Source: an uncultured bacterium
GTDB lineage: Bacteria > Hydrothermota > Tepidihabitantia > SM23-42 > CAYGYG01
Assembly (NCBI GenBank): GCA_964354155.1
Contig: CAYGYG010000001.1
Span: forward strand, 139,121 to 203,120
Length of the DNA stretch: 64,000 nt
Direction of reading: 5' to 3'
Below are positions 37,342 to 47,383 of the stretch, piece by piece. Position 1 is the first letter of the stretch, and the number at the start of each line of letters is the position of its first letter. Made by a program: the position numbers and the translations under genes. Below the pieces are notes generated by a model. It ran no database searches, was not told where the DNA came from, and was given only the letters and a program-made list of their open reading frames with translations.

Positions 37342-38997
37342 ATGAAAAAGTTATGGTTCACACTCATCATTCTTTGCACGTTTGGGTCGGCAATCGAAAC
37401 CACCGTCACGCCTCGTGACCCGCAGTATGGTCCATCAAGCCCGGCCAAGGGCCGACCACCCGGCCGGCTTGGCGTCAGGATTGATGCCGGTCCGGACTTA
37501 AGGTGCATTACCGGTGCTGCCGGCAAGAACATCTGCGCCGATACGACCGGTCTCAACGTTGCGGTCATCTACGGCTTCACCTCGGGTAATCCGGACAATA
37601 TCATGCAGACAAAGATTGGCTACTCGACGAACCGGGGCGTGACCTGGCGGCTATTGGGGCCGTTTTCAATCCACTGGCACCAGTATCGCCGGTGCTACTC
37701 CGGGATTGACGCCCGGGCAGGGTACTGGCCGAACAGCGAGAACGTCTACGGCACCTGGCACGAAGCGTATTTCCGGGGCGGTGCCTATATTGACACAAGT
37801 CCAGTGGCCGCAGCGTTCTGGCTATTCCCCAGCGGATCCATGGAAGTCAGGCACATGCCGCAGTCTATGGAAGGCAACTTCTGGCTCCCGTGCATTGCGG
37901 TCCGGCCCGACAACCCGGATTTCGTCTATGTCACGGCGGGTAACTACGACTTCGGTATTGGCGGTGTGGAGAGCATTGTTGGTTGGTTGTCCACCGACGG
38001 TGGCGATACATGGTCAGAGCCGATACATATCGTTGGCCGGGCATCCGACGCACCGCACATTCGTTTCGGCAGCGGTGGTTATCTGTTCGCCTATTTCCAG
38101 CGCGATACGGTAGTCGGCCCGGATACTTTGTTGTGGCCTTATTACATCGAGTCGACCGACAACGGATTGACCTGGATACCGCCCACTGGGAAGTGCCTCT
38201 TCACTTCGGCCCCTTACCGTCAGTGGTCGGGCTGGTGGTACAATTACGATTGTGAGGTTGTCAACAATGTTCCCTATGTGGTCATCTCGCCCGGGGTGCC
38301 GGGTCAACACCGGGACCGGACCGAATTCTGGAAAGCAAGCGGTCCGGTTGGTAATCGGACCTGGACAATGACGCTTTTGGGCGGGTCTAGTCCACCGGGC
38401 CAGGATTCGATCGTGCGCGAGGTTTCGATTGTGACCGGCAAGGACTATGCACGATTTGCCGAGAACATTGCGGTCATATCCAAGATCGGCACGGCAAGCG
38501 GCACCAGCCCGCGGTGCTGGGTGTCCAATGACTTGGGGTCAACCTGGCGCTACCTGGGCAACCTGAATATTCCGCTGGCGGCGGCGGACAATCCGCTCGA
38601 GTGTGCGCATGTGCCGGGCCGGGGCACCAATCCGGTGACCGATGTCTGGCTCCATTTTGTCTACTGGTCGGGGAATAGCGTCTACTATGATGGCAAAAAC
38701 ATCACGTGGGCAGAACTTGGCAGGGTAAGCGGCACCGACGGATCATCCGTCACGCGACCAATCACAATCTATCCCAATCCTGCCCGCAAGGGAATATGGT
38801 TGACGAAGCGCGATGACGACCGGCTGAAATATTTGGTCAGAATCTACGACGTCGCCGGGAAACTCGTTATGACGGCGGCAATAGATCAGGACCGAAGCGG
38901 GTGGGTCAATCTCGCCGCGCTGACTCCAGGGACGTACTTCGTCGAGGTGACGAGCCGGACATCATGGTTGGTTGAAAAGCTGATCATTGCAAGATGA
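37342..38997 (+). CDS. BNR/sialidase-like T9SS cargo protein, paralog 2
   Basis: RBS aaggagcagagATG. Blocks VTPRDPQYGP, AGKNICADTTGLNVAVIYG, YSTNRGVTWR, WHEAY, YFQRDTVVG, WPYYIESTDNGLTWIP, WYNYDCEVVNNVPYVVISPGVPGQHRDRTEFWKASGPVGNRTWTMTLLGG. The T9SS tail ends KLIIAR. Confidence 0.8.
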   Translation: MKKLWFTLIILCTFGSAIETTVTPRDPQYGPSSPAKGRPPGRLGVRIDAGPDLRCITGAAGKNICADTTGLNVAVIYGFTSGNPDNIMQTKIGYSTNRGVTWRLLGPFSIHWHQYRRCYSGIDARAGYWPNSENVYGTWHEAYFRGGAYIDTSPVAAAFWLFPSGSMEVRHMPQSMEGNFWLPCIAVRPDNPDFVYVTAGNYDFGIGGVESIVGWLSTDGGDTWSEPIHIVGRASDAPHIRFGSGGYLFAYFQRDTVVGPDTLLWPYYIESTDNGLTWIPPTGKCLFTSAPYRQWSGWWYNYDCEVVNNVPYVVISPGVPGQHRDRTEFWKASGPVGNRTWTMTLLGGSSPPGQDSIVREVSIVTGKDYARFAENIAVISKIGTASGTSPRCWVSNDLGSTWRYLGNLNIPLAAADNPLECAHVPGRGTNPVTDVWLHFVYWSGNSVYYDGKNITWAELGRVSGTDGSSVTRPITIYPNPARKGIWLTKRDDDRLKYLVRIYDVAGKLVMTAAIDQDRSGWVNLAALTPGTYFVEVTSRTSWLVEKLIIAR

Positions 38998-39055
38998 TGC
39001 AGCACAGGAGATGGGGAAACCGAAATCGAAGCGGCCTTGGGGATTGAGAAATCAC

Positions 39056-39083
39056 TTGACTTTTTCCGGCGGACTTGTATAAT
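39056..39083 (+). promoter_or_regulatory. sigma70-like promoter (TTGACT-16-TATAAT) for paralog 3
   Basis: ttgact at 39056-39061 and tataat at 39078-39083. The RBS aaggagg and a TTG start at 39141 follow. Confidence 0.6.
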
Positions 39084-39140
39084 CTTGGCATCCGAGGGTT
39101 GGCGCTCGGGTGTTGATCTGAATATGGGTAAGGAGGCGAA

Positions 39141-40841
39141 TTGAAGAGGGTCGTTTTCGTGTCGCTCATGTGGTCATACTTGCTATGTGCCGTGGATGCC
39201 AAGGTCCGGCCCCGGGACCTTATCTACGGGCCGACGGTTGACTGCCGCAGGACCAACCAGACAGCCGAGTCGCCAGGGGTCTACATCGATGACGTTCGGG
39301 ATGAACACAGCATTTTGGGCCCGAGCGGAAAGAACATTTGCGCCGACACGACGGGCCGAAACATTGCGGTCCAGTACGGCATGAACGCAGCCGGCCTGTT
39401 TACCTGAGCGCAGGGTACCCAGTGTAGAATAGGCTATTCTACCGATGGAGGGAATACCTGGCAGCGCCACGGGCCATTCGCCGTACGATATCCCAGCTAT
39501 CGAAGGCTATACGGCGGCATCGACGCGCGTGCGGGCGACTGGGTGGACAGCAACGAGTTGATCTACAGTTGCTGGCATGAGGCCTACGTTCGAAACAATG
39601 TCTATGTCGATTCCAGTCCGATCGGAGTTGCTTTTGACACAATGAGTTTTCCTGGCGGCGGCTTTCAAAGACGAACCATGCCCCACAGCGGCGATCCCGA
39701 ACATAATATGTGGCTCACCGGTATCGCGGTCAGTCCTGAAGACCCCGCACTGGCCTTGGTTTCCGGCGGCAACTATGTACTTCCCCACGGGCCCGGCGAT
39801 GTATATCTCTGGAAGACGACGGACCACGGACGCAACTGGTCGCACCCCCAACTTCTGATCAGCGGTTCGGCAGCCGTCAGGGACCATGATTGCCCGCATA
39901 TCCGGTTCGGCACCAGCGGATATGTTTTTGCGTACTTTCAGAGAGATACGGTGGTCGACTTCGATACGCTGAGCTGGCCTTACTATATCGAGTCTACCGA
40001 CAATGGCCGGACCTGGATACCCCATAATGGCCGGTGCATGCTTACGGCAGTACCCTACCCGCAATGGTCAAGCGGGTGGTACAACTATGACTGTGAGGTT
40101 GTGGACAATGTGCCCTATGTCGTTGTCTCGCCGGGTATTCCCGGCAATCACCGGGATCGCGTTGAATTCTGGAAAGCAAGCGGTCAAGTCGGCAACAGGA
40201 CCTGGACCATGTCGGTGCTGGCTGGTTTGACTCCGCCGGGGGCTGATTCTGCCAGGCTCGAAGTATCAATTGTTACCGGCAAGGACTTTGCACGATTCCA
40301 AGACGTTATTGCGGTTGTTGCCCAGACCATTACACCTGCCGAGGCTGATCCCCGAGGATGGGTGAGCAATGATGCCGGCGCAACATGGAGGTATCTTGGT
40401 TGTCTTCTGAACGAGCCGATGATCTACGAGGTCGCCTTAGAATGCGCCCATGTGCCCGGTCGGGGTTTTCAGCCCGAGACCGACATCCTGCTGCATATTG
40501 CCTACATCAGTCGTTCGAGACTCTACTATGCAGGATTCAATGTTGCCGGTGTCGGGGTTCCTGCGTCAAGCGGCGCGATTTGCCGCCGGCCCCATCTAGA
40601 GACAACGCCAAACCCATGCCGGGGCAGGCTGAGGATCCGCCTGGCCGGGGCAGAGAACAGCATGATGTTATGCGGTCGACTAAGACCACGTGTCTGCATC
40701 TATGACCCGTCAGGGCGGCTGGTTCGGGTTGCGACAATGTCCGGGCCGACATGCGTGATAGATATCGGACAGCCAGGGGTCTACTACATCGTAGTTGCAG
40801 TCGGCGAACGCGTGCTGACCAAGAAGGTTGTCATTCTTTAG
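39141..40841 (+). pseudogene. BNR/sialidase-like T9SS cargo, paralog 3, interrupted by a single in-frame TGA at 39405-39407
   Basis: The N-terminal 88 codons (MKRVVFVSLMWSYLLCAVDAKVRPRDLIYGP...AGKNICADTTGRNIAVQYG) are in the same frame as the downstream 432-codon ORF (...RIGYSTDGGNTWQRHGP...WHEAY...KKVVIL). The two parts are separated only by the TGA at 39405-39407. The rest of the gene and the T9SS tail are intact. Confidence 0.65.
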
Positions 40842-40957
40842 ACCGCGGTCGGCCTTGACCGACAACCAAGAAAACCAGAATGAGAAAAAGACGTTTTTTC
40901 ACAGCTCTTTCCTTGATTTAGGTATTCTAATTTCTTGTATATATAAATGGAGGTTTA

Positions 40958-42637
40958 ATGAAGAAAGCGATTGTACTTGCCGCTATTCTGTATTCGCTTA
41001 TTTATAGCCTCGATTGTAAGGTTACACCGAGGGAATACTGCGGACCACCGAATTCTAATTATTACCGCAATTATACCCCAAGCCCGAATGCGGTAAGAAT
41101 TGATTGGGGATTTGACATAAGAAGTATTATGGGGACAGCGGGGAAGAATATCTGTGCAGATACGACTCAAAAGAATGTGGCAGTACAATACGGCGAAGGT
41201 GGTTTAGGGGAATCTCAGAATTATACTCGCTGCAAGATTGCGTATAGTACAAATGGTGGGAATGGTTGGCAGCTGTTTGGCCCTTTTCATATCCAGTATC
41301 CATCGTATCGGAGACTTTATGGCGGTATTGATGCCCGGGCGACAAATTGGTACAATAATGAAATCATCTATGCTTCATGGCACGAGGCCTATTACCGAAG
41401 TGTTTACGTCGATTCAAGCCCACTGGCCGTCGCTTTTGATGAAGGTAATTTCCCTAATGGTTCCTTTCGATTAGCAGCGATGCCCCATTCAGGTGATCCG
41501 GGGCATAATATCTGGTTGACTTGCATTGCGGTGCGGCCCGATGATGCAAATATTGTCATTGCCTCAGGCGGTGATTACGATTTTGGCGCGGGTGGACCAA
41601 AGGATATCTTTACCTGGAAATCCACTGATGGCGGCTATACCTGGTCGCCGCCTCAGCTTTTAATACCAGGATCAACCACAATTGGTCTACATGATGCCCC
41701 TCACATCCGGTTTGGAACTGGCGGTTACGTATTTGCCTATTTTCAACAGGAGACCATTTATGGTTTCGACACATTAATGTGGCCATACTGCATCGAATCC
41801 ACCGACAATGGCCAGACCTGGGTACCGCCAAACGGCAGGTGCATGTTCACGGCAATCCCCTGTCCGCAATGGTCAAGCGGGTGGTACAACTACGACTGTG
41901 AGGTTGTCAACAATGTCCCCTATGTGGTCATCTCGCCCGGGGTGCCGGGTCAACACCGGGACCGGACCGAATTCTGGAAAGCAAGCGGTCCGGTTGGTGA
42001 TCGGACCTGGACAATGACGCTGTTGGGCGGGTCTAGTCCACCGGGCCAGGATTCACTCGTGCGCGATGTTTCGATTGTGACCGGCAAGGACTATGCACGA
42101 TTTGCCGAGAACATTGCGATCATATCCAAGGTCACAAATCAGAGTGGCACAAGTCCACGCTGCTGGGTGTCGAACGACCTTGGGGCGAGCTGGCGCTACC
42201 TGGGCAACCTGAATATTCCGCTCGCGGCGGCTGACAATCCGCTCGAGTGTGCTCATGTGCCGGGCCGGGGCACTAATCCGGTTACCGATGTCTGGCTACA
42301 TTTTGTCTACTGGTCGACGGGCAGTGTCTACTACGAAGGTGTCAATCTGACCGGAGTTGCTATCGAGGAGGTGATCGGTCAGGGCACGGCCTTGCCCGAG
42401 ATACTGGTCATGCCGAATCCAGCAAGGGGACAAGTGCGGCTTGCGGTCGATAGTGATGGACTGCGGCCGGGATTGATAAGAATCTTTGACGTCACCGGCA
42501 AGCTCGTCAAACAGGCAGTGCTGAGACTTTCAGGTTTCGGCACGATCGACATCTCATCTCTTTCTCCTGGAATGTATTTCGTTGAAATCGGGAAGGGGCA
42601 AAAGAAGCAGACTAAAAAGCTGGTTGTCGTGCGGTAA
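40958..42637 (+). CDS. BNR/sialidase-like T9SS cargo protein, paralog 4 (mosaic: AT-rich 5' half, 3' half near-identical to paralog 2)
   Basis: Signal peptide MKKAIVLAAILYSLIYSLDC. The same family blocks. T9SS tail ...GMYFVEIGKGQKKQTKKLVVVR. Confidence 0.8.
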   Translation: MKKAIVLAAILYSLIYSLDCKVTPREYCGPPNSNYYRNYTPSPNAVRIDWGFDIRSIMGTAGKNICADTTQKNVAVQYGEGGLGESQNYTRCKIAYSTNGGNGWQLFGPFHIQYPSYRRLYGGIDARATNWYNNEIIYASWHEAYYRSVYVDSSPLAVAFDEGNFPNGSFRLAAMPHSGDPGHNIWLTCIAVRPDDANIVIASGGDYDFGAGGPKDIFTWKSTDGGYTWSPPQLLIPGSTTIGLHDAPHIRFGTGGYVFAYFQQETIYGFDTLMWPYCIESTDNGQTWVPPNGRCMFTAIPCPQWSSGWYNYDCEVVNNVPYVVISPGVPGQHRDRTEFWKASGPVGDRTWTMTLLGGSSPPGQDSLVRDVSIVTGKDYARFAENIAIISKVTNQSGTSPRCWVSNDLGASWRYLGNLNIPLAAADNPLECAHVPGRGTNPVTDVWLHFVYWSTGSVYYEGVNLTGVAIEEVIGQGTALPEILVMPNPARGQVRLAVDSDGLRPGLIRIFDVTGKLVKQAVLRLSGFGTIDISSLSPGMYFVEIGKGQKKQTKKLVVVR

Positions 42638-42727
42638 CCGCCGGGCAAGCCGGAATCATCATGGTTCCGTTCTTCACTACCCAATCTCTTGACTTATTAC
42701 GGGTTTTGGTGTAAAATATTCGTCCGT

Positions 42728-44422
42728 ATGAAGGGCTATTTGATGTTTGTGCTCCATTCGCACCTACCCTACGTGTTGGGGCATGGCCGCTGGCCGCACG
42801 GTACCGACTGGCTGAACGAAGCGGCGGCCGAGACCTATATACCACTACTCAACAGCCTCTTTCAGCTGGTCAGCGAGGGGTACCATCCGCACTTAACCAT
42901 CGGCATCACGCCGATTCTGGCCGAACAATTGACCGCCGACTCCTTCAAGAAAGAGCTTTTGACTTACCTGCAGTTCAAGATCGAGGCCGCCAAGAACGAC
43001 CGTTTCGAGTTCGCCCGCTACGGCGAGGGTGAGTTCGCGGCCCTGGCTGAATACTGGGGTAGTTTCTATACCAAGGTGCGCGATGATTTTGTCAGCCGGT
43101 ACAAGGGAAACATCCTCAACGGTTTCAAGATCCTTCAACAGACCGGATTCATCGAGATAATAACCTGCGCCGCAACCCACGGCTACCTGCCGTTGCTTAG
43201 AGACGACCGGTCGGTAGAGCTTCAGATTGCCCAGGGCATTGAAACCTACAAGCGGCACTTCGACATCAAACCGGCCGGGATCTGGCTGCCGGAATGCGCC
43301 TACCGTCCGGCCTACAACTGGGCTGCGCCGGTCGGCAAATACCCTTCCGAGCCCAGGAAAGGCATCGATGAATTCCTGAGCGACCACGGCATTGACTATT
43401 TCATTACCGACAGTCACATGCTCAAGGGGGGTAAGGCGATCGGCATGTACCTTGCCCGTTTTGATGCGCTCAAGAAGCTCTGGGAGCAGTACGAGAAGGA
43501 ATTCATCGAGATCAAGGAGGGTTTTCGCAAGACTCCCTACGAAGCATACCTGGTTGCCTCCAATCCACAGAAAAAGCCGGTCTCGGTGTTCACCAGGGAT
43601 CCGAAGACCGGGCTCCAGGTCTGGAGCGGAGAATGGGGCTATCCGGGTGATGGCAGTTATCTCGATTTCCACAAGAAGCGTTTTCCCGGCGGGCTGCGCT
43701 ACTGGCGCGTGACCAATCCAAAGATCGACTTAGCGCTCAAGGAGATCTACCGTCCGGAGGTGATCGAGGATAAGGTGAAAGAACAAGCGCGCCACTTTGT
43801 TCAGCTGGCCTCGACCATTCTGGCGGACAATTTCAAGAAAAGGAAACGGCCCGGCATCCTGTGCGCGCCGTTTGACAGCGAGCTTTTTGGCCATTGGTGG
43901 TTTGAGGGCCCGCGCTGGTTATATCACGTCCTGAAGATCATTGATGACGAGAAGGTCATCGGTCTTGCTACGGGCAGCGAGTATCTGAAAAAAGAGCCGC
44001 CGACCAAAGTCATATCCTTGCCCGAGGGCTCGTGGGGCGAAGGCGGTTTCCACTACATCTGGCTCAACGAATGGACCAAGTGGACCTGGGCGCACATCTA
44101 CGAGGCGGAGGACGAGTTCTACTCAATACTCGCCCGCGCGCGGGGCAAGGGCAGTGAGGTTTTGGACAGCGTGCTCCGGCAGCTGGCCCGGGAACTGCTG
44201 CTCATGCAGAGCTCGGACTGGCAGTTCCTGATATCGACTTTCAGTGCCCGGGATTATGCAGAAATGCGCTTTGTGCGCCATCAGCGTAATTTCAAGCGCA
44301 TCGGGGGGATGGCCGACCGATTACTTGGAGGAAACCAGCCGGATACTGCGGATTGGGCATTTTTCAAGGATGTCGAAGCTCAGGACAACATCTTTCCCAA
44401 GCTGGTTCTACCGTCCGCCTAA
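42728..44422 (+). CDS. glycoside hydrolase family 57 protein (GH57 1,4-alpha-glucan branching enzyme-like, with C-terminal DUF1957-like helical domain)
   Basis: MKGYLMFVLHSHLPYVLGHGRWPHGTDWLNEAAAETYIPLL is the classic GH57 N-terminus. ...WLPECAY... is also present. The ORF track starts at 42689, but the ATG at 42728 is preferred. Confidence 0.75.
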   Translation: MKGYLMFVLHSHLPYVLGHGRWPHGTDWLNEAAAETYIPLLNSLFQLVSEGYHPHLTIGITPILAEQLTADSFKKELLTYLQFKIEAAKNDRFEFARYGEGEFAALAEYWGSFYTKVRDDFVSRYKGNILNGFKILQQTGFIEIITCAATHGYLPLLRDDRSVELQIAQGIETYKRHFDIKPAGIWLPECAYRPAYNWAAPVGKYPSEPRKGIDEFLSDHGIDYFITDSHMLKGGKAIGMYLARFDALKKLWEQYEKEFIEIKEGFRKTPYEAYLVASNPQKKPVSVFTRDPKTGLQVWSGEWGYPGDGSYLDFHKKRFPGGLRYWRVTNPKIDLALKEIYRPEVIEDKVKEQARHFVQLASTILADNFKKRKRPGILCAPFDSELFGHWWFEGPRWLYHVLKIIDDEKVIGLATGSEYLKKEPPTKVISLPEGSWGEGGFHYIWLNEWTKWTWAHIYEAEDEFYSILARARGKGSEVLDSVLRQLARELLLMQSSDWQFLISTFSARDYAEMRFVRHQRNFKRIGGMADRLLGGNQPDTADWAFFKDVEAQDNIFPKLVLPSA

Positions 44423-45220
44423 GCCCCGGCTGGCGCCCAGCAAAACAAGCATTCCCGCCAATAGACAGTAGATCGAGAAGAGATAGAACGACTTCCGGAT
44501 CAAGAGCTTCTTGAGGCCGAGCAGGGCGCCGACCCCGACTGCATAACTCACCGTGACTCCCACCACTATCGAAGCGAAATCGATCGAGGCCGTGATGTTC
44601 TTAAACTCCGTGAGGTTGGCGCCGAGCATCGCCGGAATGGCAAGCAGAAATGAGAACTCGAATACTTCAGCCGGGTCCATGCCCTGAAACAAGCCGGCGG
44701 AAATAGTCATCCCGGAGCGCGAGATACCCGGGAAGATGGCGAGGGCTTGAAAGACCCCTATGACCAGGGCGCGGCGCCAGCGGTTCGGCAGCTCCCGGTT
44801 GCGCGCAAACTTGGTTGCAAGAAGAACGATGCCGGTGATCAGAAGACCCGCGCCGATGACGGCCGGGCTGCCAAAGCTTTGCTCGACGGTGTTTTTGAGC
44901 AGGAAGCCGGCAAGGGCGGCAGGAATTGACCCCAGGATGAGAAGGAGGAACACCCTCAAATAACGGTCGGTGATTTTGACGCGGCGGTCGATGACGATCC
45001 GTCCTTTGAGAACCCCGCGGATCATTCGGCCGATCGGCCGGTAGAATACCGTTATGATCGATAGCAGTGTGCCCAAATGGAGATAGACGGCCAGGTCAAA
45101 GATTTCTTGAATGCCAAAGAACTGCCCCAAAAGGGCCAGATGGCCGGAACTCGAAATCGGCAGGAACTCGGTAATGCCCTGGACAACAGCGAGAATGATG
45201 ATGACAACTATACCAGGCAC
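44408..45220 (-). CDS. uppP: undecaprenyl-diphosphate phosphatase
   Basis: VQGITEFLPISSSGHLAL and PGISRSGMTISAGLFQG are UppP/BacA signature motifs. 8 TM helices. Confidence 0.85.
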   Translation of the reverse strand: MPGIVVIIILAVVQGITEFLPISSSGHLALLGQFFGIQEIFDLAVYLHLGTLLSIITVFYRPIGRMIRGVLKGRIVIDRRVKITDRYLRVFLLLILGSIPAALAGFLLKNTVEQSFGSPAVIGAGLLITGIVLLATKFARNRELPNRWRRALVIGVFQALAIFPGISRSGMTISAGLFQGMDPAEVFEFSFLLAIPAMLGANLTEFKNITASIDFASIVVGVTVSYAVGVGALLGLKKLLIRKSFYLFSIYCLLAGMLVLLGASRGLGGR

Positions 45221-46032
45221 AAAGCCCCCAATCCCGCCGCCATGCCGACCTTGAGCAACCAGCTTGCGCGGGTCAACGTTCTGGTATCAGGATGCGAAAG
45301 CATTTTTAGAAGGATGAAGACCACCACCGGCACGACCGTTACTCCGGCCGCAATCAAGTAGCGGGAGTGAAACCGGCCGAGCACGACCGGAACCGGCAGT
45401 AGCAGCAGGAGTATGACCAGCCCACCCGCTGCGCCGCGCAGCGCCCGATCTGGTCCGATCGTCAGCGCCAGCGAGCGCCGCTTCGAGGTCCGGTCGCCCG
45501 AGATGTCGAGGATATCTTTGACGATCTCCCGGGAATAGTGAAAGCAGAAGGCAAAGGCGGCGGGGAAAACGGCAAGACCGTTCCCGGTGATCAGACCTCC
45601 GGTCAAAAAGGCAAGGCTGCAGAGCAAGGCGACGACGGCATTGGAAAAGAAGGTATTCTTGATCTTATAAGGATAGAGGAAAAGCAGAGCAAGCGCCGAC
45701 GCGACTACGGCCCCCACGGTAAGGCTTACGCAGAACGCGATTATGAGCGAGCATATGCCAAGCAGGATTGCCCAGGTGAGCGCGAGCCTCCTGGTGACCC
45801 GGCCCGAGGGGAGGGGCCGGGATGGATGGCTGATCCGGTCGGCCTCGATGTCATAGCAGTCGTTGATCACATTGCCGAACGCAGCCGAGAACGCCGCGGC
45901 CAGCGCGGTCAAAACCAGGGACAAGGGAAAGACAACCGGGCGACCGACCCATCCCCCGACCAGCACTGAAACGAAGACGATGCCTACGTTGACGGGCCGG
46001 ATGATTTCGACCAAGGCCAAGCGCCGCCTCAA
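45208..46032 (-). CDS. UbiA-family polyprenyltransferase
   Basis: NVINDCYDIEADRISHPSRPLPSG is the first Asp-rich motif; DILDISGDR is the second. Multipass membrane protein. Confidence 0.75.
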   Translation of the reverse strand: MRRRLALVEIIRPVNVGIVFVSVLVGGWVGRPVVFPLSLVLTALAAAFSAAFGNVINDCYDIEADRISHPSRPLPSGRVTRRLALTWAILLGICSLIIAFCVSLTVGAVVASALALLFLYPYKIKNTFFSNAVVALLCSLAFLTGGLITGNGLAVFPAAFAFCFHYSREIVKDILDISGDRTSKRRSLALTIGPDRALRGAAGGLVILLLLLPVPVVLGRFHSRYLIAAGVTVVPVVVFILLKMLSHPDTRTLTRASWLLKVGMAAGLGALCLV

Positions 46033-47383
46033 ATGCCAATCTGGGTCGTGACCAAGATCACGTTCTTGGTTGCCCCGCGGCCCGGCACATTATCTTCGTT
46101 GTTGATCCAGCGGCGGTTGTATTCGACTTTGACTCGTGCCGAAAGAACCGGAAAATACTCGAGTGCGAAACCGAGTTCCTTGGTCGTCTCCACGACGCCC
46201 GAGGGGAAAACAGGATTGGGGTCGCCGCCTTCTTCTTCCCAGGACCGGTCAATGCGGCCCTCGCCTTTTCGTTTCAAGGACGGACTGAAGCCGGCATTCA
46301 GGCCGAGCCTGGTTCGGTAATCGATCATGATCTTGTACAGGTCCGCGTCCGGGCCGAGCCAGTGGCCGATGCACTTGCCGTCTTTGACGTATTCGTTTAT
46401 CGCCTTGCGCTGGGTGTAGACCCACTTATCAATGTGAACATATTCAGCACCGAGAAGCCAGCCTTCAGCCGGGAATGCCGTCAAGCCGGCCAGATATCCG
46501 AGCTTGTTAGGTGCCGGCGGTACGGTGTCGTAACGATAGTCGTCAATCAGGAGTTCGCCGTACACCTTGCAGGGACCCACGAAAAACTTGCCGTCCAGCG
46601 CCCACATGATGTTGTCGTCTCGGTTGACGATCCACTGGGAAACGTAGTAGGGCACGAGGGGGTTTATGTAGAATGGCTCGAGCGCGCCTCCGACAAGGAT
46701 AAGTTCCGAGAAGCTGACCGATGATCGACCCCGCCGCAACTCAATACGGTGCAGGGCCAGGTACCGTCTCGTTTCCGCCAGCGAAAAGGCCGCCGTGAAG
46801 CAGAACGAACCGCTCGTCGTCTTCATGAAGAAACCGTTGAAGGAGCCGGAGAAGTCGGAGAGAAGCAGTCCACCGGTCCGTCCCGGCCCCAGAAGCCATT
46901 CTTTGCGGCCGACTTCGAGTTTCGTGGTCCGGGCGGTGTAGATAAACTCAGCATCTTCGATATAAAACTGGAAATGATGCCAGGGGTAGGGGAAGGAGTC
47001 TTCGATGGTTTTCGCGTACTGGATGTTGTAGCGGGTTGAGTAATTGAGACGGTCGGCAATTCGGCCGGCAAAGAGCAGTCTCGTATTGACATAATGATTT
47101 TCCGGTTCGCTGCGGTACCGGGAATTGATGCCCAGCAGGTAGAACTTGCTGTAGTCTTCCCGCACGAAGGGACGCATCTTGCGGAGGATATGGTTTTCGT
47201 AGCACCTAAGCTCGAGCGCGGCAGCTTCCAGATTCGATAATTCCGTCGTCACGGCGGGAATTTCGTAGGGTCGGCTCTCGGCAAGATCGATCAGCCCACG
47301 ACCTTCAAGATATTCAAGGTCAAAATTGAGCGACGAGCCGATGGGCATCGTCTGCGCAACTACGAATAGAAATAAGAGCATCA
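46029..47383 (-). CDS. putative outer-membrane protein (beta-rich, signal peptide), unknown function
   Basis: Starts at MLLFLFVVAQTMPIGSS and overlaps the stop of the upstream Omp85 gene. Rich in aromatic residues with alternating hydrophobicity. Confidence 0.5.

Noticed and set aside
39405-39407. Reading the in-frame TGA of paralog 3 as evidence for an alternative genetic code (UGA=Gly/Trp)
   Set aside because: TGA is used as a normal terminator by several well-supported genes in this window (for example the MazG-like gene at 8499-8501 and the polyferredoxin at 17122-17124), so a code reassignment is not tenable.
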